Positions 30,596-40,536 of a stretch of 64,000 nucleotides of DNA are shown here, piece after piece. This DNA comes from an uncultured Chloroflexia bacterium (GTDB lineage Bacteria > Chloroflexota > Anaerolineae > Promineifilales > UBA4811). Each line of letters opens with the position of its first letter. Position 1 is the first letter of the stretch. The notes below the pieces were generated by a model that saw only the letters and a list, made by a program, of their open reading frames with translations, did not search any database and was not told the DNA's origin. A program made the position numbers and the translations under genes. The stretch lies in the NCBI GenBank assembly GCA_963707345.1, contig CAVPPE010000001.1:599025-663024 (forward strand), given 5' to 3'.

Positions 30596-31560
30596 TGGGC
30601 GTTGCCGCATCTTCGCCGCGCAAGCTGTCGCCCTTGCAGATAGGGTTGATAGTGGGCGGCGGCCTGTTGCTGGTGTTTCTGCTATTGGCGTTGCTGGGCG
30701 GCGCGGAGCCGGCCGCTGAGGAAGTGTCGGCCGATCTCACCCAGACCCCCTTCCTGGCACTGGCGGTACTGGCCTTTTTTGCAGGTATGTTGGGCTTTGT
30801 CTCGCCGTGCACCCTGCCGTTGCTGCCGGCCTATTTTGCCATCACCTTCCAGGCGGAGCGCAAACGGGTGCTGCTGATGACGGTGGCCTTTATGGCCGGC
30901 CTGGCAACCACCTTTGCGCTCTTTGGCGCGTTGGCTGGGGTGCTGGGGCAGGGCTTGAGCAACATTGGCTTGAGCCGTTTCGACCTGGGGCGCATCGGCG
31001 GCGTGATAGTGATCATTTTTGGCGTGATGAGCTTGCTAGGCAAAGGCTTTACGGGCATCCAGACCCGAGCCAAGCGGGACGCCTCAGTGTGGGGCTCGTT
31101 CGGGTTTGGCGCTACTTTTGGGCTGGGGTTTACTAGTTGCACCGGCCCGGTGCTGGGTGCCATCACCACGTTGGCGATCAATGCGAATTTCGGGGTGTTG
31201 GGTGGTCAGCTGAGCCAGCTGGCGCCAATCCTGGGCTCGATGCTGTTGCTGGTGATCTTTGCCATGGGGCTGGGCGTTCCGTTAATCGTAGTCTCGACCT
31301 TTTTCGGCCGGGCGGACCGGGACAGCCTGTTCTGGCGCATGCTGCGGGGCAAGGGCTGGCAGGTGAACCTGTTCGGCCGGTCCCTGTACCTGCACTCGAC
31401 CACGATCATCAGTGGAATCATCTTTATTGCCCTGGGCATCCTGATGGTCACCGGCCGGCTGACGCTGCTCAATAACCTGGTGCCGGAAGACCTGGCTCTG
31501 CGAGTGGCCGAGATTTTCACCGGGTTTGAGGATTGGCTCGTCACACGCCTGGGTGGCTGA
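30595..31560 (+). CDS. ccdA: Cytochrome c biogenesis thiol-reductant transporter CcdA (DsbD-family)
   Basis: FVSPCTLPLLPAYFA and TSCTGPVLGAI Cys motifs, polytopic. I use ATG 30595 rather than the longer ORF-track start at 30514. Confidence 0.85.
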   Translation: MGVAASSPRKLSPLQIGLIVGGGLLLVFLLLALLGGAEPAAEEVSADLTQTPFLALAVLAFFAGMLGFVSPCTLPLLPAYFAITFQAERKRVLLMTVAFMAGLATTFALFGALAGVLGQGLSNIGLSRFDLGRIGGVIVIIFGVMSLLGKGFTGIQTRAKRDASVWGSFGFGATFGLGFTSCTGPVLGAITTLAINANFGVLGGQLSQLAPILGSMLLLVIFAMGLGVPLIVVSTFFGRADRDSLFWRMLRGKGWQVNLFGRSLYLHSTTIISGIIFIALGILMVTGRLTLLNNLVPEDLALRVAEIFTGFEDWLVTRLGG

Positions 31561-31563
31561 TCT

Positions 31564-32424
31564 TTGAGCGAGCCGATTCCTTCCACTGAAGCCAAAGCGG
31601 CGCGCCGGCCGGATACCGCGCCGGCGCGTGCTGTTGCCGTCTCTGCCAACCGCGCGGCATATTGGTTGAGCCGCCACTGGCTGCTGGTCTTTAACCTTTT
31701 CCTTGTCATCTATGTCGCCTTGCCCTTTCTAGCCCCGGCGCTGATGCACTATGGTTATCAGCGCCCTGCCAACCTGCTGTACCGCATCTATTCCCCGGCT
31801 TGCCACCAGATGGGCTTTCGCTCCTGGTTCCTGTTCGGCGAGCAAAGCTACTATCCGCTCAGCGAAACGGGCCTGCCGGACATCCACTACTTTGAGGAAT
31901 ACGTGGCTGACGACCCAACCTATGCCGGGCTGGAGTTGCCCGGTGATTTTGGGGCACTGTCCTGGGAAGCGCGGAGCTTTGTGGGCAACGAGCGGATGGG
32001 TTACAAGGTGGCGTTGTGCCAGCGGGATATCGCCATGTACCTGGCGCTGGTGGCGGCCGGGCTGCTCTTTGGCCTGCTGCGACGCCATGTCCGGCCGCTG
32101 CGCTGGCAGCTATTCGTGCTTCTGGGTGTGGTGCCCATGCTGCTGGACGGCGGCTATCAATTGGTGACCTGGTGGCTGGCAATCGCGGCCGCCCAGGTGG
32201 AGATCAGTTGGCTGCAATCGGTGGCGGCACAACTCTCGGCCGTCATGAGACCCCATGAGACTGTGCCCGCGCTGCGGGCGATTACCGGGGCGCTGTTTGG
32301 CTTTGGGCTGGTGTGGATGACCCTGCCGCACATCCAGGTGGGGATGGATGAGATGGAGGAGCAGTTCAGGGACAAGCTCACCCGGGCTGGCCTGATTACG
32401 AGCCGTGAAACCGCAGAACGTTAG
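31564..32424 (+). CDS. DUF2085 family membrane protein
   Basis: 286 aa with …IYSPACHQMGFRSWFLFG…ALCQRDIAMYL…, typical of DUF2085. Confidence 0.7.
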   Translation: MSEPIPSTEAKAARRPDTAPARAVAVSANRAAYWLSRHWLLVFNLFLVIYVALPFLAPALMHYGYQRPANLLYRIYSPACHQMGFRSWFLFGEQSYYPLSETGLPDIHYFEEYVADDPTYAGLELPGDFGALSWEARSFVGNERMGYKVALCQRDIAMYLALVAAGLLFGLLRRHVRPLRWQLFVLLGVVPMLLDGGYQLVTWWLAIAAAQVEISWLQSVAAQLSAVMRPHETVPALRAITGALFGFGLVWMTLPHIQVGMDEMEEQFRDKLTRAGLITSRETAER

Positions 32425-33190
32425 CGGATTGCGCTACTACCAATTCGAAAGCATCCCGGCCAGGCGGGTGCTGCACGGCGTGTTCAGCCGGTTGGGAGGT
32501 GTGAGCCAACCCCCTTTTGATTCGCTCAACCTGAGCATGAGTGTCCCGGATGAGCCGGATGCGGTGATTGAGAACCGACGCCGCTTTTATTCAGTGCTGA
32601 ACGTGGACCCGGCCACGGCCGTCCGCACGGTGCAGGTCCATGGGGCGCGGGTGGCGGCGGTTGGCCCGGCCGATGTGAATGTGTTGCAGCGGGCCACCGA
32701 TGGGCTGGTGACCGCCACGCCCGGCCTCCCGTTGGTAATGGCTTTTGCGGACTGCACGCCGATCATGTTGTACGATCCGGTCCGAGGCGCAGTGGGGATA
32801 GCGCACGCAGGTTGGCGGGGAACGGTGGCGGGGGTCTGCCAGGCGGCCGTGCAACAGATGGTCGATTCGCTTGGCTGCCGACCGGCCGACATCTGTGCTG
32901 CCATCGGCCCGGCGATTGGCCCGTGCTGCTATGAAGTGGGGCCGGAGGTGGTGCGGGCGATGGGAAAGGCGCTGGGCACGACGGACGGCCTTTTCCGACC
33001 GGGCAACGGCGACCGGCCGCATCTGGACCAGGGGGCGGCCAACGAGTTGGCGCTGCGCCGCGCCGGAGTGGAGCAGGTCGAGCAGGCAGAACTTTGCACC
33101 GCTTGCCGGGTGGACGAGTTTTACTCGCACCGGGCCGAAGCCGGGCGGACCGGCCGCTTTGGCGCGATCATCATGCTGCGCGACGGGTAA
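32405..33190 (+). CDS. pgeF: Peptidoglycan editing factor PgeF (YfiH/DUF152 laccase-domain protein)
   Basis: 261 aa with …ADCTPIMLYD…IAHAGWRGT…GPCCYEVG…CT…FYSHR motifs. Confidence 0.88.
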   Translation: MKPQNVSGLRYYQFESIPARRVLHGVFSRLGGVSQPPFDSLNLSMSVPDEPDAVIENRRRFYSVLNVDPATAVRTVQVHGARVAAVGPADVNVLQRATDGLVTATPGLPLVMAFADCTPIMLYDPVRGAVGIAHAGWRGTVAGVCQAAVQQMVDSLGCRPADICAAIGPAIGPCCYEVGPEVVRAMGKALGTTDGLFRPGNGDRPHLDQGAANELALRRAGVEQVEQAELCTACRVDEFYSHRAEAGRTGRFGAIIMLRDG

Positions 33191-33210
33191 AAGCAGGGAG
33201 CTGCTTCTTG

Positions 33211-33219
33211 TGGTAGAAT
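33211..33219 (+). promoter_or_regulatory. Extended -10 box (TGGTAGAAT) upstream of yggS
   Basis: TGgTAGAAT lies 27 nt upstream of ATG 33246. Confidence 0.45.
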
Positions 33220-33245
33220 TTTCCCGCTCAAGAGGGTGACTGGAG

Positions 33246-33989
33246 ATGCCGACAATCCGCGAGAATTTGGAGTGGATACAGGAACGGATAGCGGCCGCGG
33301 CGCGGCGTGCCGGCCGCGACCCGGCCGAGATCACGCTGGTGGGTGTGACCAAGACCCATCCCCCTGACCTGGTGTTGGAAGCGCTGGCGGCCGGGCTGGC
33401 GCACGTCGGCGAGAACCGCGCGGAAGAGCTGGAGGTCAAGCGGCCGGCGGTGGCTGCGTTGTTGCCGGCCGGGGCGGCCGAGCCGACCTGGCACATGGTA
33501 GGGCACGTGCAAAGCCGCAAAGCGGAACGGGTGGCATTCATGGCCGATGTGGTTCACTCGCTCGACTCGCTCAAACTGGCGCAGCGGCTGGCGCGTTTTG
33601 CGGCCGAGGCCGGCCGGACTCTGCCGGTGCTGCTGGAGGTCAACCTCTCCGGCGAGGAGAACAAATACGGCCTGCAAGCATCTGGTTGGGAGAGCGATCC
33701 AGCTCCATGGGTGGAATTGCAGCAACTGGTCGAAGGGGTCACTGTGTTGCCGCATCTCCGGTTGCAGGGGCTGATGACGATGGCCCCCTGGGTGCCGGAC
33801 CCGGACGTGATCCGGCCGATCTTTCGCTCGGCGCGATTGTTGCGCGACCGGCTGGCGGCCACCTTTCCGGCCGGGGACTGGCGTCACCTTTCCATGGGCA
33901 TGACGGACGATTTTGAAATCGCGATTGAAGAAGGGGCCACGCTGGTGCGCATTGGGCGCGCCATTTTTGGCCCGCGAATAACGCCCTGA
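33246..33989 (+). CDS. yggS: YggS-family pyridoxal-phosphate homeostasis protein
   Basis: 247 aa with …LVGVTKTHP…GENR…WHMVGHVQSRK…LSMGMTDDFE.AIEEGATLVRIG.AIFG. Confidence 0.9.
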   Translation: MPTIRENLEWIQERIAAAARRAGRDPAEITLVGVTKTHPPDLVLEALAAGLAHVGENRAEELEVKRPAVAALLPAGAAEPTWHMVGHVQSRKAERVAFMADVVHSLDSLKLAQRLARFAAEAGRTLPVLLEVNLSGEENKYGLQASGWESDPAPWVELQQLVEGVTVLPHLRLQGLMTMAPWVPDPDVIRPIFRSARLLRDRLAATFPAGDWRHLSMGMTDDFEIAIEEGATLVRIGRAIFGPRITP

Positions 33990-34001
33990 GAGCGAGGTTT
34001 T

Positions 34002-34259
34002 ATGGAACCGCTGATAACCATGATTGACTTGCTGGTGAACCTGTACTTCATCGTGCTGCTGGCGCGCATCCTTTTGCCGCTGTTTGGAGTCAACCCCATT
34101 CACCCGATCATGCAGGTTATCTTGCGGATGACCGAGCCGGTGCTGGCGCCGATTCGCAGCGTGCTGCCGCAGACCGGGATGCTGGATTTTTCCCCCATGG
34201 TGGCGATGATCCTGCTCACCATTTTGCAGGCGGTGCTGACCGCGCTGTTGCGCGGATGA
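34002..34259 (+). CDS. yggT: YggT family membrane protein
   Basis: 85 aa with two TM segments and …RILLPLF…HPI…TEPVLAPIR.VLP…G.LDFSP…. Confidence 0.85.
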   Translation: MEPLITMIDLLVNLYFIVLLARILLPLFGVNPIHPIMQVILRMTEPVLAPIRSVLPQTGMLDFSPMVAMILLTILQAVLTALLRG

Positions 34260-34287
34260 GCGGTTCGCTTTTTTGCCCGAAAGAGAG

Positions 34288-34318
34288 ACGCCCCGGCCGG
34301 AGCAGGGGCGTTTTGTGT
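34288..34318 (+). terminator. Intrinsic terminator between convergent yggT and ppk2
   Basis: ACGCCCC-(10 nt)-GGGGCGT followed by TTTTGTGTT. Confidence 0.7.
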
Positions 34319-34334
34319 TATCGGTGGGACACCG

Positions 34335-35231
34335 TTACGGATAGTCCTCGGGGACAAAAGTCTGATCGGTGAACGGCGGCCGGACGTAGCCAATGTCGTC
34401 CTGGCGTGGCGGCAACTCTAGCGGCTCGGGGGTCAGGTCCTGGTAGGGAATCATGCTCAACAGGTGGCTGATCAGGTTGAGGCGGGCGTGTTTCTTGACG
34501 TCGGCGTTGACTACGTACCAGGGGGCCTGCTTGATGTCAGTGTACTTGAACATATCGTCCTTGGCCTTGGAGTATTCTATCCAGTGGGCGCGGGCCTGCA
34601 GGTCCATCGGGCTGAGCTTCCAGCGGCGCACCGGGTCGTGAATGCGGGCCTGGAACCGGCGCTCCTGCTCCTCGTCGCTCACCGAGAGCCAGTATTTGAT
34701 CAGGATGATGCCAGAGCGCACCATCATGCGCTCGAACTCGGGGCAGGAGCGCATAAATTCGCGGTACTCGTCTTCCGTGCAGAACCCCATCACCCGTTCC
34801 ACCAAAGCCCGGTTGTACCAACTGCGGTCGAGTAACACCATTTCACCGGCGGCCGGGAGATGCGGTACGTAGCGCTGAAAGTACCATTGGGTTTTTTCGC
34901 GTTCGGTGGGTACGCCCAATGCCACCACCCGGACGATGCGCGGGTTGAGCCGGTCGATGATCCGTTTGATGGTGCCCCCTTTGCCGGCCGTGTCGCGGCC
35001 CTCAAAGATCACCACCACCTTGAGCCCTTTGTTCTTGATCCATTCCTGAAGTTTGACCAACTCCACCTGCAGCCGGGCCAACTCGCGTTCGTACTCTTTG
35101 CGGCCCAGCTTTTCGGTGGCAGGGATGGTGGTGGAGGCTTTGACGGCCGGGGGCTCGCTTGCCTCAGTGGCGATAAGGTTCTGTTCGTTGGAGTCCGCGT
35201 TCTTTTTGTTCTTGTCCTTCTTCTTTGACAT
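34335..35231 (-). CDS. ppk2: Polyphosphate kinase 2
   Basis: FEGRDTAGKGG Walker A, …DRSWYNR…, …RWKLSPMDL…. I place the start at MSKKKDK (35231), which has GGAGGAG upstream, rather than at the ORF-track start 35387. Confidence 0.9.
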   Translation of the reverse strand: MSKKKDKNKKNADSNEQNLIATEASEPPAVKASTTIPATEKLGRKEYERELARLQVELVKLQEWIKNKGLKVVVIFEGRDTAGKGGTIKRIIDRLNPRIVRVVALGVPTEREKTQWYFQRYVPHLPAAGEMVLLDRSWYNRALVERVMGFCTEDEYREFMRSCPEFERMMVRSGIILIKYWLSVSDEEQERRFQARIHDPVRRWKLSPMDLQARAHWIEYSKAKDDMFKYTDIKQAPWYVVNADVKKHARLNLISHLLSMIPYQDLTPEPLELPPRQDDIGYVRPPFTDQTFVPEDYP

Positions 35232-35343
35232 GGTCTCCTCCATTGAACCGTGGCCTGGTACCATCATTTTACCCGACATTGTGGCGCAATGCCAGTCGAG
35301 AATTGCTGTTTTCAGACCGGTTGGGTGGTGTGGAGTTGGGGCT

Positions 35344-35970
35344 TTACGTGGCCCAGAGGCCGCCAGTCGATTCCAGCCAGTCGGCAATCTGGTCGGCCGC
35401 CCGGCCGACGTCGTTGTCCGAGAGGTCCAACTCCAGCGTGGGCAGGGTTGATCCCGCTACCAGCCGCCGCATCAACTCCTGTTCGCGGACAAACTGGTGC
35501 AGGTCATCGTATTGGGATGGATTGCCCGAAACCTGGAGCCGCCGTTCGCGGGCGGCCGCAAACGATTCCGGCGTGCGGCTGCAAAAGACCAGCCGAAAGT
35601 TCAGCGCGTTGAGCCGCTGTTCCAGCCAGGTAAAATCGTACGCCTTGTCGTAGGCCTGTAGCTGGTACATCTTGGTGGAAAGGTGGAAGCGGTCCACAAT
35701 CCACGAGTAGTACCGTTGCAGTTCAAAGAGGCGCAGCCAGGCGTGGTAAGTCTCCATGGCGAGCGCTTCCTCCTGCGGCTCAAAGTTGATCAGCCCCCGG
35801 CCCCAGGGGAAATTGGTAAAGCCGCACCACTCGGCCGAGACGATGGGCGAGTGATAGCGGTATCTGCGCGGCCCAACAATGCGCGGGTGCTCGTTGAGCG
35901 CAAAGGCGATCTCGGTCTTGAAGGTGAGGCGGGTCCCTTCCAGGATGATCTTGGGGCAAAGCTTGGGCAT
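35344..35970 (-). CDS. Thymidylate-kinase-fold protein with a degenerate P-loop (hypothetical)
   Basis: 208 aa. IILEGTRLTFKTE occupies the position of the IxxEGxxGxGKST P-loop, with both glycines lost. IVDRFHLSTKMYQ resembles the TMPK DRYxxSxxAYQ motif. Confidence 0.5.
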   Translation of the reverse strand: MPKLCPKIILEGTRLTFKTEIAFALNEHPRIVGPRRYRYHSPIVSAEWCGFTNFPWGRGLINFEPQEEALAMETYHAWLRLFELQRYYSWIVDRFHLSTKMYQLQAYDKAYDFTWLEQRLNALNFRLVFCSRTPESFAAARERRLQVSGNPSQYDDLHQFVREQELMRRLVAGSTLPTLELDLSDNDVGRAADQIADWLESTGGLWAT

Positions 35971-35994
35971 GGAGATTCCTTGCAGGAGACTGGG

Positions 35995-37599
35995 TCAGGC
36001 GCGCTGTTGCGCCAGCCAAAGGTATTGGTAGGGCGCAAGCGTGATCTGCCCGGCCGGGTAACCCTTGCCGGACAGCAAATCGATGCGGTCAGGCGTAATG
36101 GGGCGCTGCAGGATAGTCTGTTCCTGATCCGAGAGGTTGTGCAAGACCAGCACCTCGTCGCCCTGGTGCTGGCGGCGATACGCCAGCACGGCCGGGTTGC
36201 CGGTTTCCACCAACTCAAACGCGCCCCGGCTAAAGCAGGGGTGCTCCTTGCGCACGGCGATCAGCCGCCGGGTCCAGTTGAGCAGCGAGTTGGGCTCAGC
36301 CTGCTGCGCGGCCACGTTGACCCGCTGGTAGCCGTAGATCGGGTCGTCGATTACCGGCGCGTAGGGTTGCCCGGCCGTGGAAAAGCCGGCGTTGGGCCCG
36401 GCCGTCCACTGCATCGGCGTGCGCACCCCGTTCCGGTCATCCAGCCAGATGTTATCCCCCATCCCGATCTCGTCGCCATAATAGATGATGGGCGAGCCAG
36501 GGAGGGTGAAAAGAATCGAGTTCAGCAGTTCGATCTTGCGGCGATCGTTGTCCAGCAACGGGGCCAGCCGGCGGCGGATGCCCAGGTTCAGCCGCATGCG
36601 CGGCTCGGGCGCATAGTGCTGCCACATGTAATGACGCTCATCCTCGGTGACCATCTCCAGCGTCAGTTCGTCGTGGTTGCGCAAAAAGACGCACCACTGG
36701 CACGACGCCGGGATCGGCGGCGTCCGGCTCATGATTTGGTAGATTGGCGTCGCGTCGCCCAACTTGAGCGCCATGAAAAGGCGCGGCATGACGGGAAAGT
36801 GAAAGCCCATGTGAAACTCGTCGCCATCGCCAAAGTACGGCCGCACATCCTCCGGCCATTGGTTGGCCTCCGCCAGTAGAACCCGGCCGGGGTAGTGTTG
36901 GTCCATGTGCTGGCGGATCGATTTGAGGATCGCGTGAGTCTCGGGTAGGTTTTCGCAGTTGGTCCCCTCGCGCTGGATCAGGTACGGCACTGCGTCGGCG
37001 CGAAAGCCGTCCACCCCTAAATCGAGCCAAAAATCGAGCGCATCGATCATCTCCTGCCGCACCTGCGGGTTGTCCCAATTCAGGTCCGGCTGGTGATGGA
37101 AGAAGCGATGCCAGTAGTATTGCCCGGCAACCTCATCGTAGGTCCAATTCGACGGCTCGCTGTCCAGAAAGATGATCCGTGCGTCACGGTATCTGTCGTC
37201 GCTGTCGCTCCACACGTAATAGTCCCGGAATGGGGATGCTGGGGACTGGCGGGCTGACTGAAACCAGGGGTGTTGATCGGAGGTGTGGTTGAGCACCAGG
37301 TCGACGATGACGCGCAGCCCGCGGCCGTGGGCCAGGGTGACGAACTGTTTGAAATCATCGAGCGTGCCCAGGTCCGGGTGGATCTGGTAATAGTCAGCCA
37401 CGTCGTAGCCGTCGTCCCGCAGGGGGGATGGGTACATGGGCAGCAACCAGATGCACGTGACTCCGAGCTCTTTGAGATAATCGAGATGGGCGGCGGCAAG
37501 ACCTTTCAGGTCACCAATGCCATTGCCGTCACCATCGGCAAAAGCGCGCAGGTTCAGTTCGTAAAAGATGGCATCCTTGTACCACAGGTTTTCTGTCAT
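35995..37599 (-). CDS. treS: Trehalose synthase / maltose alpha-D-glucosyltransferase (GH13, TreS-type)
   Basis: 534 aa. N-terminus [26 protein letters not shown], then GH13 catalytic regions ([24 protein letters not shown]). Confidence 0.88.
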   Translation of the reverse strand: MTENLWYKDAIFYELNLRAFADGDGNGIGDLKGLAAAHLDYLKELGVTCIWLLPMYPSPLRDDGYDVADYYQIHPDLGTLDDFKQFVTLAHGRGLRVIVDLVLNHTSDQHPWFQSARQSPASPFRDYYVWSDSDDRYRDARIIFLDSEPSNWTYDEVAGQYYWHRFFHHQPDLNWDNPQVRQEMIDALDFWLDLGVDGFRADAVPYLIQREGTNCENLPETHAILKSIRQHMDQHYPGRVLLAEANQWPEDVRPYFGDGDEFHMGFHFPVMPRLFMALKLGDATPIYQIMSRTPPIPASCQWCVFLRNHDELTLEMVTEDERHYMWQHYAPEPRMRLNLGIRRRLAPLLDNDRRKIELLNSILFTLPGSPIIYYGDEIGMGDNIWLDDRNGVRTPMQWTAGPNAGFSTAGQPYAPVIDDPIYGYQRVNVAAQQAEPNSLLNWTRRLIAVRKEHPCFSRGAFELVETGNPAVLAYRRQHQGDEVLVLHNLSDQEQTILQRPITPDRIDLLSGKGYPAGQITLAPYQYLWLAQQRA

Positions 37600-38597
37600 C
37601 GGTCTGTGTCTCCTGGCGCAAAAGTTTGCCCCGGCCGCCGGCCGTGCTGCTCCATAAAAACTAGGACTTGTCGCCTGGCGGGCAGGGCCGGGATAGCGCC
37701 ACGCCGGGTTGTGGTCAGCGCACCGACCGCGTTGGCAAAGGCGAGCACCTCCTCCAGCTCGGCCGGGCGCTGCCAGGCTGTTTCGCGCTCCAGCAGGCCG
37801 GCCAGCATCCCGGCCACAAAGCCATCCCCGGCGCCGGTGGTGTCCACCACCTCGGCCGGGAACCCGGGTACCTGGCCGGCATGGGATTGGGTGAAGTACA
37901 GACAGCCAGAATCGCCCAGAGTGATTACCAGTAGTTTCAGCCGGTCGTGCCAGAGGCGATCAACGGCCGGGCGCACTCCTTCCTCGCCGCTGAGGAAAGC
38001 CAGCTCCTTGCGGCTGACCTTGGCGACCTGGGCGTATTGCCAGCCGGTCAGCATGCCATCCCGGGCAGCCTCGGCCGAGGGCCAAAGCGCCAGCCGCCGG
38101 TTGGGGTCGTACGAAATGACCAGCCCGTGCTCCTGCGCTATCTGAGCGGCCGCCAGCGTGGCGCTGCGGCTCGGTTCGCCTATCAGGCTGATGGAGCCAA
38201 AGTGGAGCACCCTGGCCGAACGGATATAGTCCCGGTCGATCTCCTCCGGGCCCAGAAGCATGTCTGCGCTGGGGTGGCGGTAAAACATAAAGTCACGGTC
38301 GCCCTGTGCCGTTAACGATACAAAGGCCAGCATCGTCCGCGCTTCGCGGGAGAAGCGCAGGTTGGAGGTATCCACGCCGTTTTCAGCCAGGGTCGCGGCC
38401 AGATAGCGGCCAAAGTCGTCGTCGCCGACCTTGCCGACAAAGCCGCTAGGGACGCCCAGCCGCGCCAGCCCAACCGCGACATTGGCCGGGGCGCCGCCGG
38501 CCGCCTTCTGAAAGGCGGAGGCCTGCATCAACGTGACGCCCGATTCCGTGGCCACAAAGTCGATCAGCAACTCTCCAAGCGCTATGACTGCCACCAT
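37596..38597 (-). CDS. PfkB-family sugar kinase (fructokinase-like)
   Basis: Start at [14 protein letters not shown]. Contains GGAPANVA and a C-terminal DTTGAGDGF motif. The stop overlaps the treS start (ATGA). Confidence 0.85.
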   Translation of the reverse strand: MVAVIALGELLIDFVATESGVTLMQASAFQKAAGGAPANVAVGLARLGVPSGFVGKVGDDDFGRYLAATLAENGVDTSNLRFSREARTMLAFVSLTAQGDRDFMFYRHPSADMLLGPEEIDRDYIRSARVLHFGSISLIGEPSRSATLAAAQIAQEHGLVISYDPNRRLALWPSAEAARDGMLTGWQYAQVAKVSRKELAFLSGEEGVRPAVDRLWHDRLKLLVITLGDSGCLYFTQSHAGQVPGFPAEVVDTTGAGDGFVAGMLAGLLERETAWQRPAELEEVLAFANAVGALTTTRRGAIPALPARRQVLVFMEQHGRRPGQTFAPGDTDR

Positions 38598-38598
38598 G

Positions 38599-40536
38599 CT
38601 ACTCTGCTCCCAGCCAGACGAATTGATACGGTTCCAAAACCAGCTCATCAAGTGGTGAGATGTAGTTGCCGGTGACCAGGTCCACAAATCGGTAGCTCAG
38701 GCCGTGGATGCGCAATTCGTTTGCTGCCACCGGTTGCTGCCGCTCGCTGAAATTTGCCAGCACCAGCACCTGGTGCCCGTGGCGCTGGCGGAGGAAGCCA
38801 AACACGTGTGGGTTGTTCACTTCAATGATGTCGGCGTTGGCCCCGGCAAGTGCCGGGTTGTTCTGCCGGACCTCGATCAGGTGGCGCAACCGGCCGTAGA
38901 TGCGCCCTTCGACGGTGTCAGACTCGGTGCGACGCGCAAAGCGTTCCCAATCGGCCGCCGGGCGATGAACCCAGCGGCTGTCCTCGGCCGCGGCCGGGTT
39001 TGCGCGAAAGTGGTAATCATTGAGCGTGCCGATCTCATCACCCAGGTACAGGAGCGGGATACCGCCGATCGAAAGGATAATGCCATGGATGAGCAAAACG
39101 CGCCGGACCGCCAATTCGATCTCATCCGGGTCGTCCTGCAACAGGGCCTGTTCCAAACCGGCCAGCGAGGCGCAGGTGCCGGAAATCCGCATGTCCCGCG
39201 TGCTGGGGTTGTACTGGAACGGGAGGCCGCGGGCAAAACTGCCCTCAAACCGGCCGGTGTAGAACGCGTTGAGGAATTGCCGGTGGTCAAAACCGTTGAT
39301 TCCCAGCGCGGCCGCATCTTCGTCGGAAAAGGTCCAGCCGATATCGTCGTGACAGCGGACGTAATTGACCCAGGCACAGCCGGGGTCGATGGCAAAGCGC
39401 ATCTGCATCGAGTGGTTCAGCAGGTGCACCTCGCGGGTGGCGAGGGCCTCCCACAACAATGCCATCAGCAACGGATTGTAAGAGAGCTGGCACTCGGTGG
39501 GGGCAATGTAACGCGCCACTTCATCGGGGTGGACAATCGCCTCGGATTTGAAGAGCAGGGCCGGCGCCGCTATACGTGTAAGGAGGTTAAATGCCTGGAT
39601 GAGCATGTGCGCCTCGGGCAGGTTTTCACAGGGGGTTCCCATCTCTTTCCAGGCGAATGCAACTGCGTCCAGCCGCAGAACCTGGACACCGACGTTGGCC
39701 AGAAAGAGCATCTCCTCTACCATCCGATCGAACACCACCGGGTTGCGGTAGTTGAGGTCCCACTGAAAGCTGTGAAAGGTGGTCCAGACCCAGCGTTGCA
39801 TATCCGGCCGGAAGGTAAAGCTGCCGCGGCGCACCTCGGGAAAGATCTCGCGCAGGTTTCTTTCATAGGCATCCGGTATTTCCCGGTCCGGGAAGAGAAA
39901 GTAGTACTCCTGATAGTCCGGATCACCGGATTGGGCGGCGCGGGCCCACTCGTGCTCATCCGAGGTGTGGTTGTAGACGAAATCCAGCACCAGACTGATG
40001 CCGTTATGCCGCAGTTCGGCCGCCAGGGTGGCCAATTCGTCCATCGTGCCGAGCGCCGGGTTGACCTGGCGGTAGCTGCTGACCGCATAGCCGCCATCGT
40101 TTTCTTCGGCCGGCGCCAGAAAGAGGGGCATCAGGTGCAGGTAGGTCAGGCCTAGCTCCCGGAAGTACGGGATTTTCTCGCGGATGCCGTTCAGGTTCCC
40201 GGCAAAAAGGTCCACGTAGCAGACCCCGCCCAATGCTTGTTGAGATTGAAACCAGCCGGGGTCGGCCTCGCGCTGGGCATCCAGTGCTTTCAGTTCGGCC
40301 GGCCGGGCGAGCCACATGCGGGCGGCCGTCTCCAGAATGGCTTCCAGGTGATAGAAAAAGTCGTACTGAGCCCCATAGAGATGCAGTAGCAACTGGAAAA
40401 GACGCGCAAAGTGGGTCTCCAGGCGGGCTTCGAACGCATCCCACTCGCCGGCCGGGGAGGCGCTCTGGTAGCGCTCCCGCAGGCGCGGCAGGAGGCGATG
40501 GAAGCTCCGCGTCGCTTGCTGGTCTGCCACAGCCAC
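38599..40536 (-). CDS. Amylosucrase-type GH13 sucrose glucosyltransferase
   Basis: 645 aa with a long N-terminal helical domain and then …[29 protein letters not shown]…[13 protein letters not shown]…LRLDAVAF…. A fructokinase gene lies immediately downstream. Confidence 0.8.
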   Translation of the reverse strand: MAVADQQATRSFHRLLPRLRERYQSASPAGEWDAFEARLETHFARLFQLLLHLYGAQYDFFYHLEAILETAARMWLARPAELKALDAQREADPGWFQSQQALGGVCYVDLFAGNLNGIREKIPYFRELGLTYLHLMPLFLAPAEENDGGYAVSSYRQVNPALGTMDELATLAAELRHNGISLVLDFVYNHTSDEHEWARAAQSGDPDYQEYYFLFPDREIPDAYERNLREIFPEVRRGSFTFRPDMQRWVWTTFHSFQWDLNYRNPVVFDRMVEEMLFLANVGVQVLRLDAVAFAWKEMGTPCENLPEAHMLIQAFNLLTRIAAPALLFKSEAIVHPDEVARYIAPTECQLSYNPLLMALLWEALATREVHLLNHSMQMRFAIDPGCAWVNYVRCHDDIGWTFSDEDAAALGINGFDHRQFLNAFYTGRFEGSFARGLPFQYNPSTRDMRISGTCASLAGLEQALLQDDPDEIELAVRRVLLIHGIILSIGGIPLLYLGDEIGTLNDYHFRANPAAAEDSRWVHRPAADWERFARRTESDTVEGRIYGRLRHLIEVRQNNPALAGANADIIEVNNPHVFGFLRQRHGHQVLVLANFSERQQPVAANELRIHGLSYRFVDLVTGNYISPLDELVLEPYQFVWLGAE

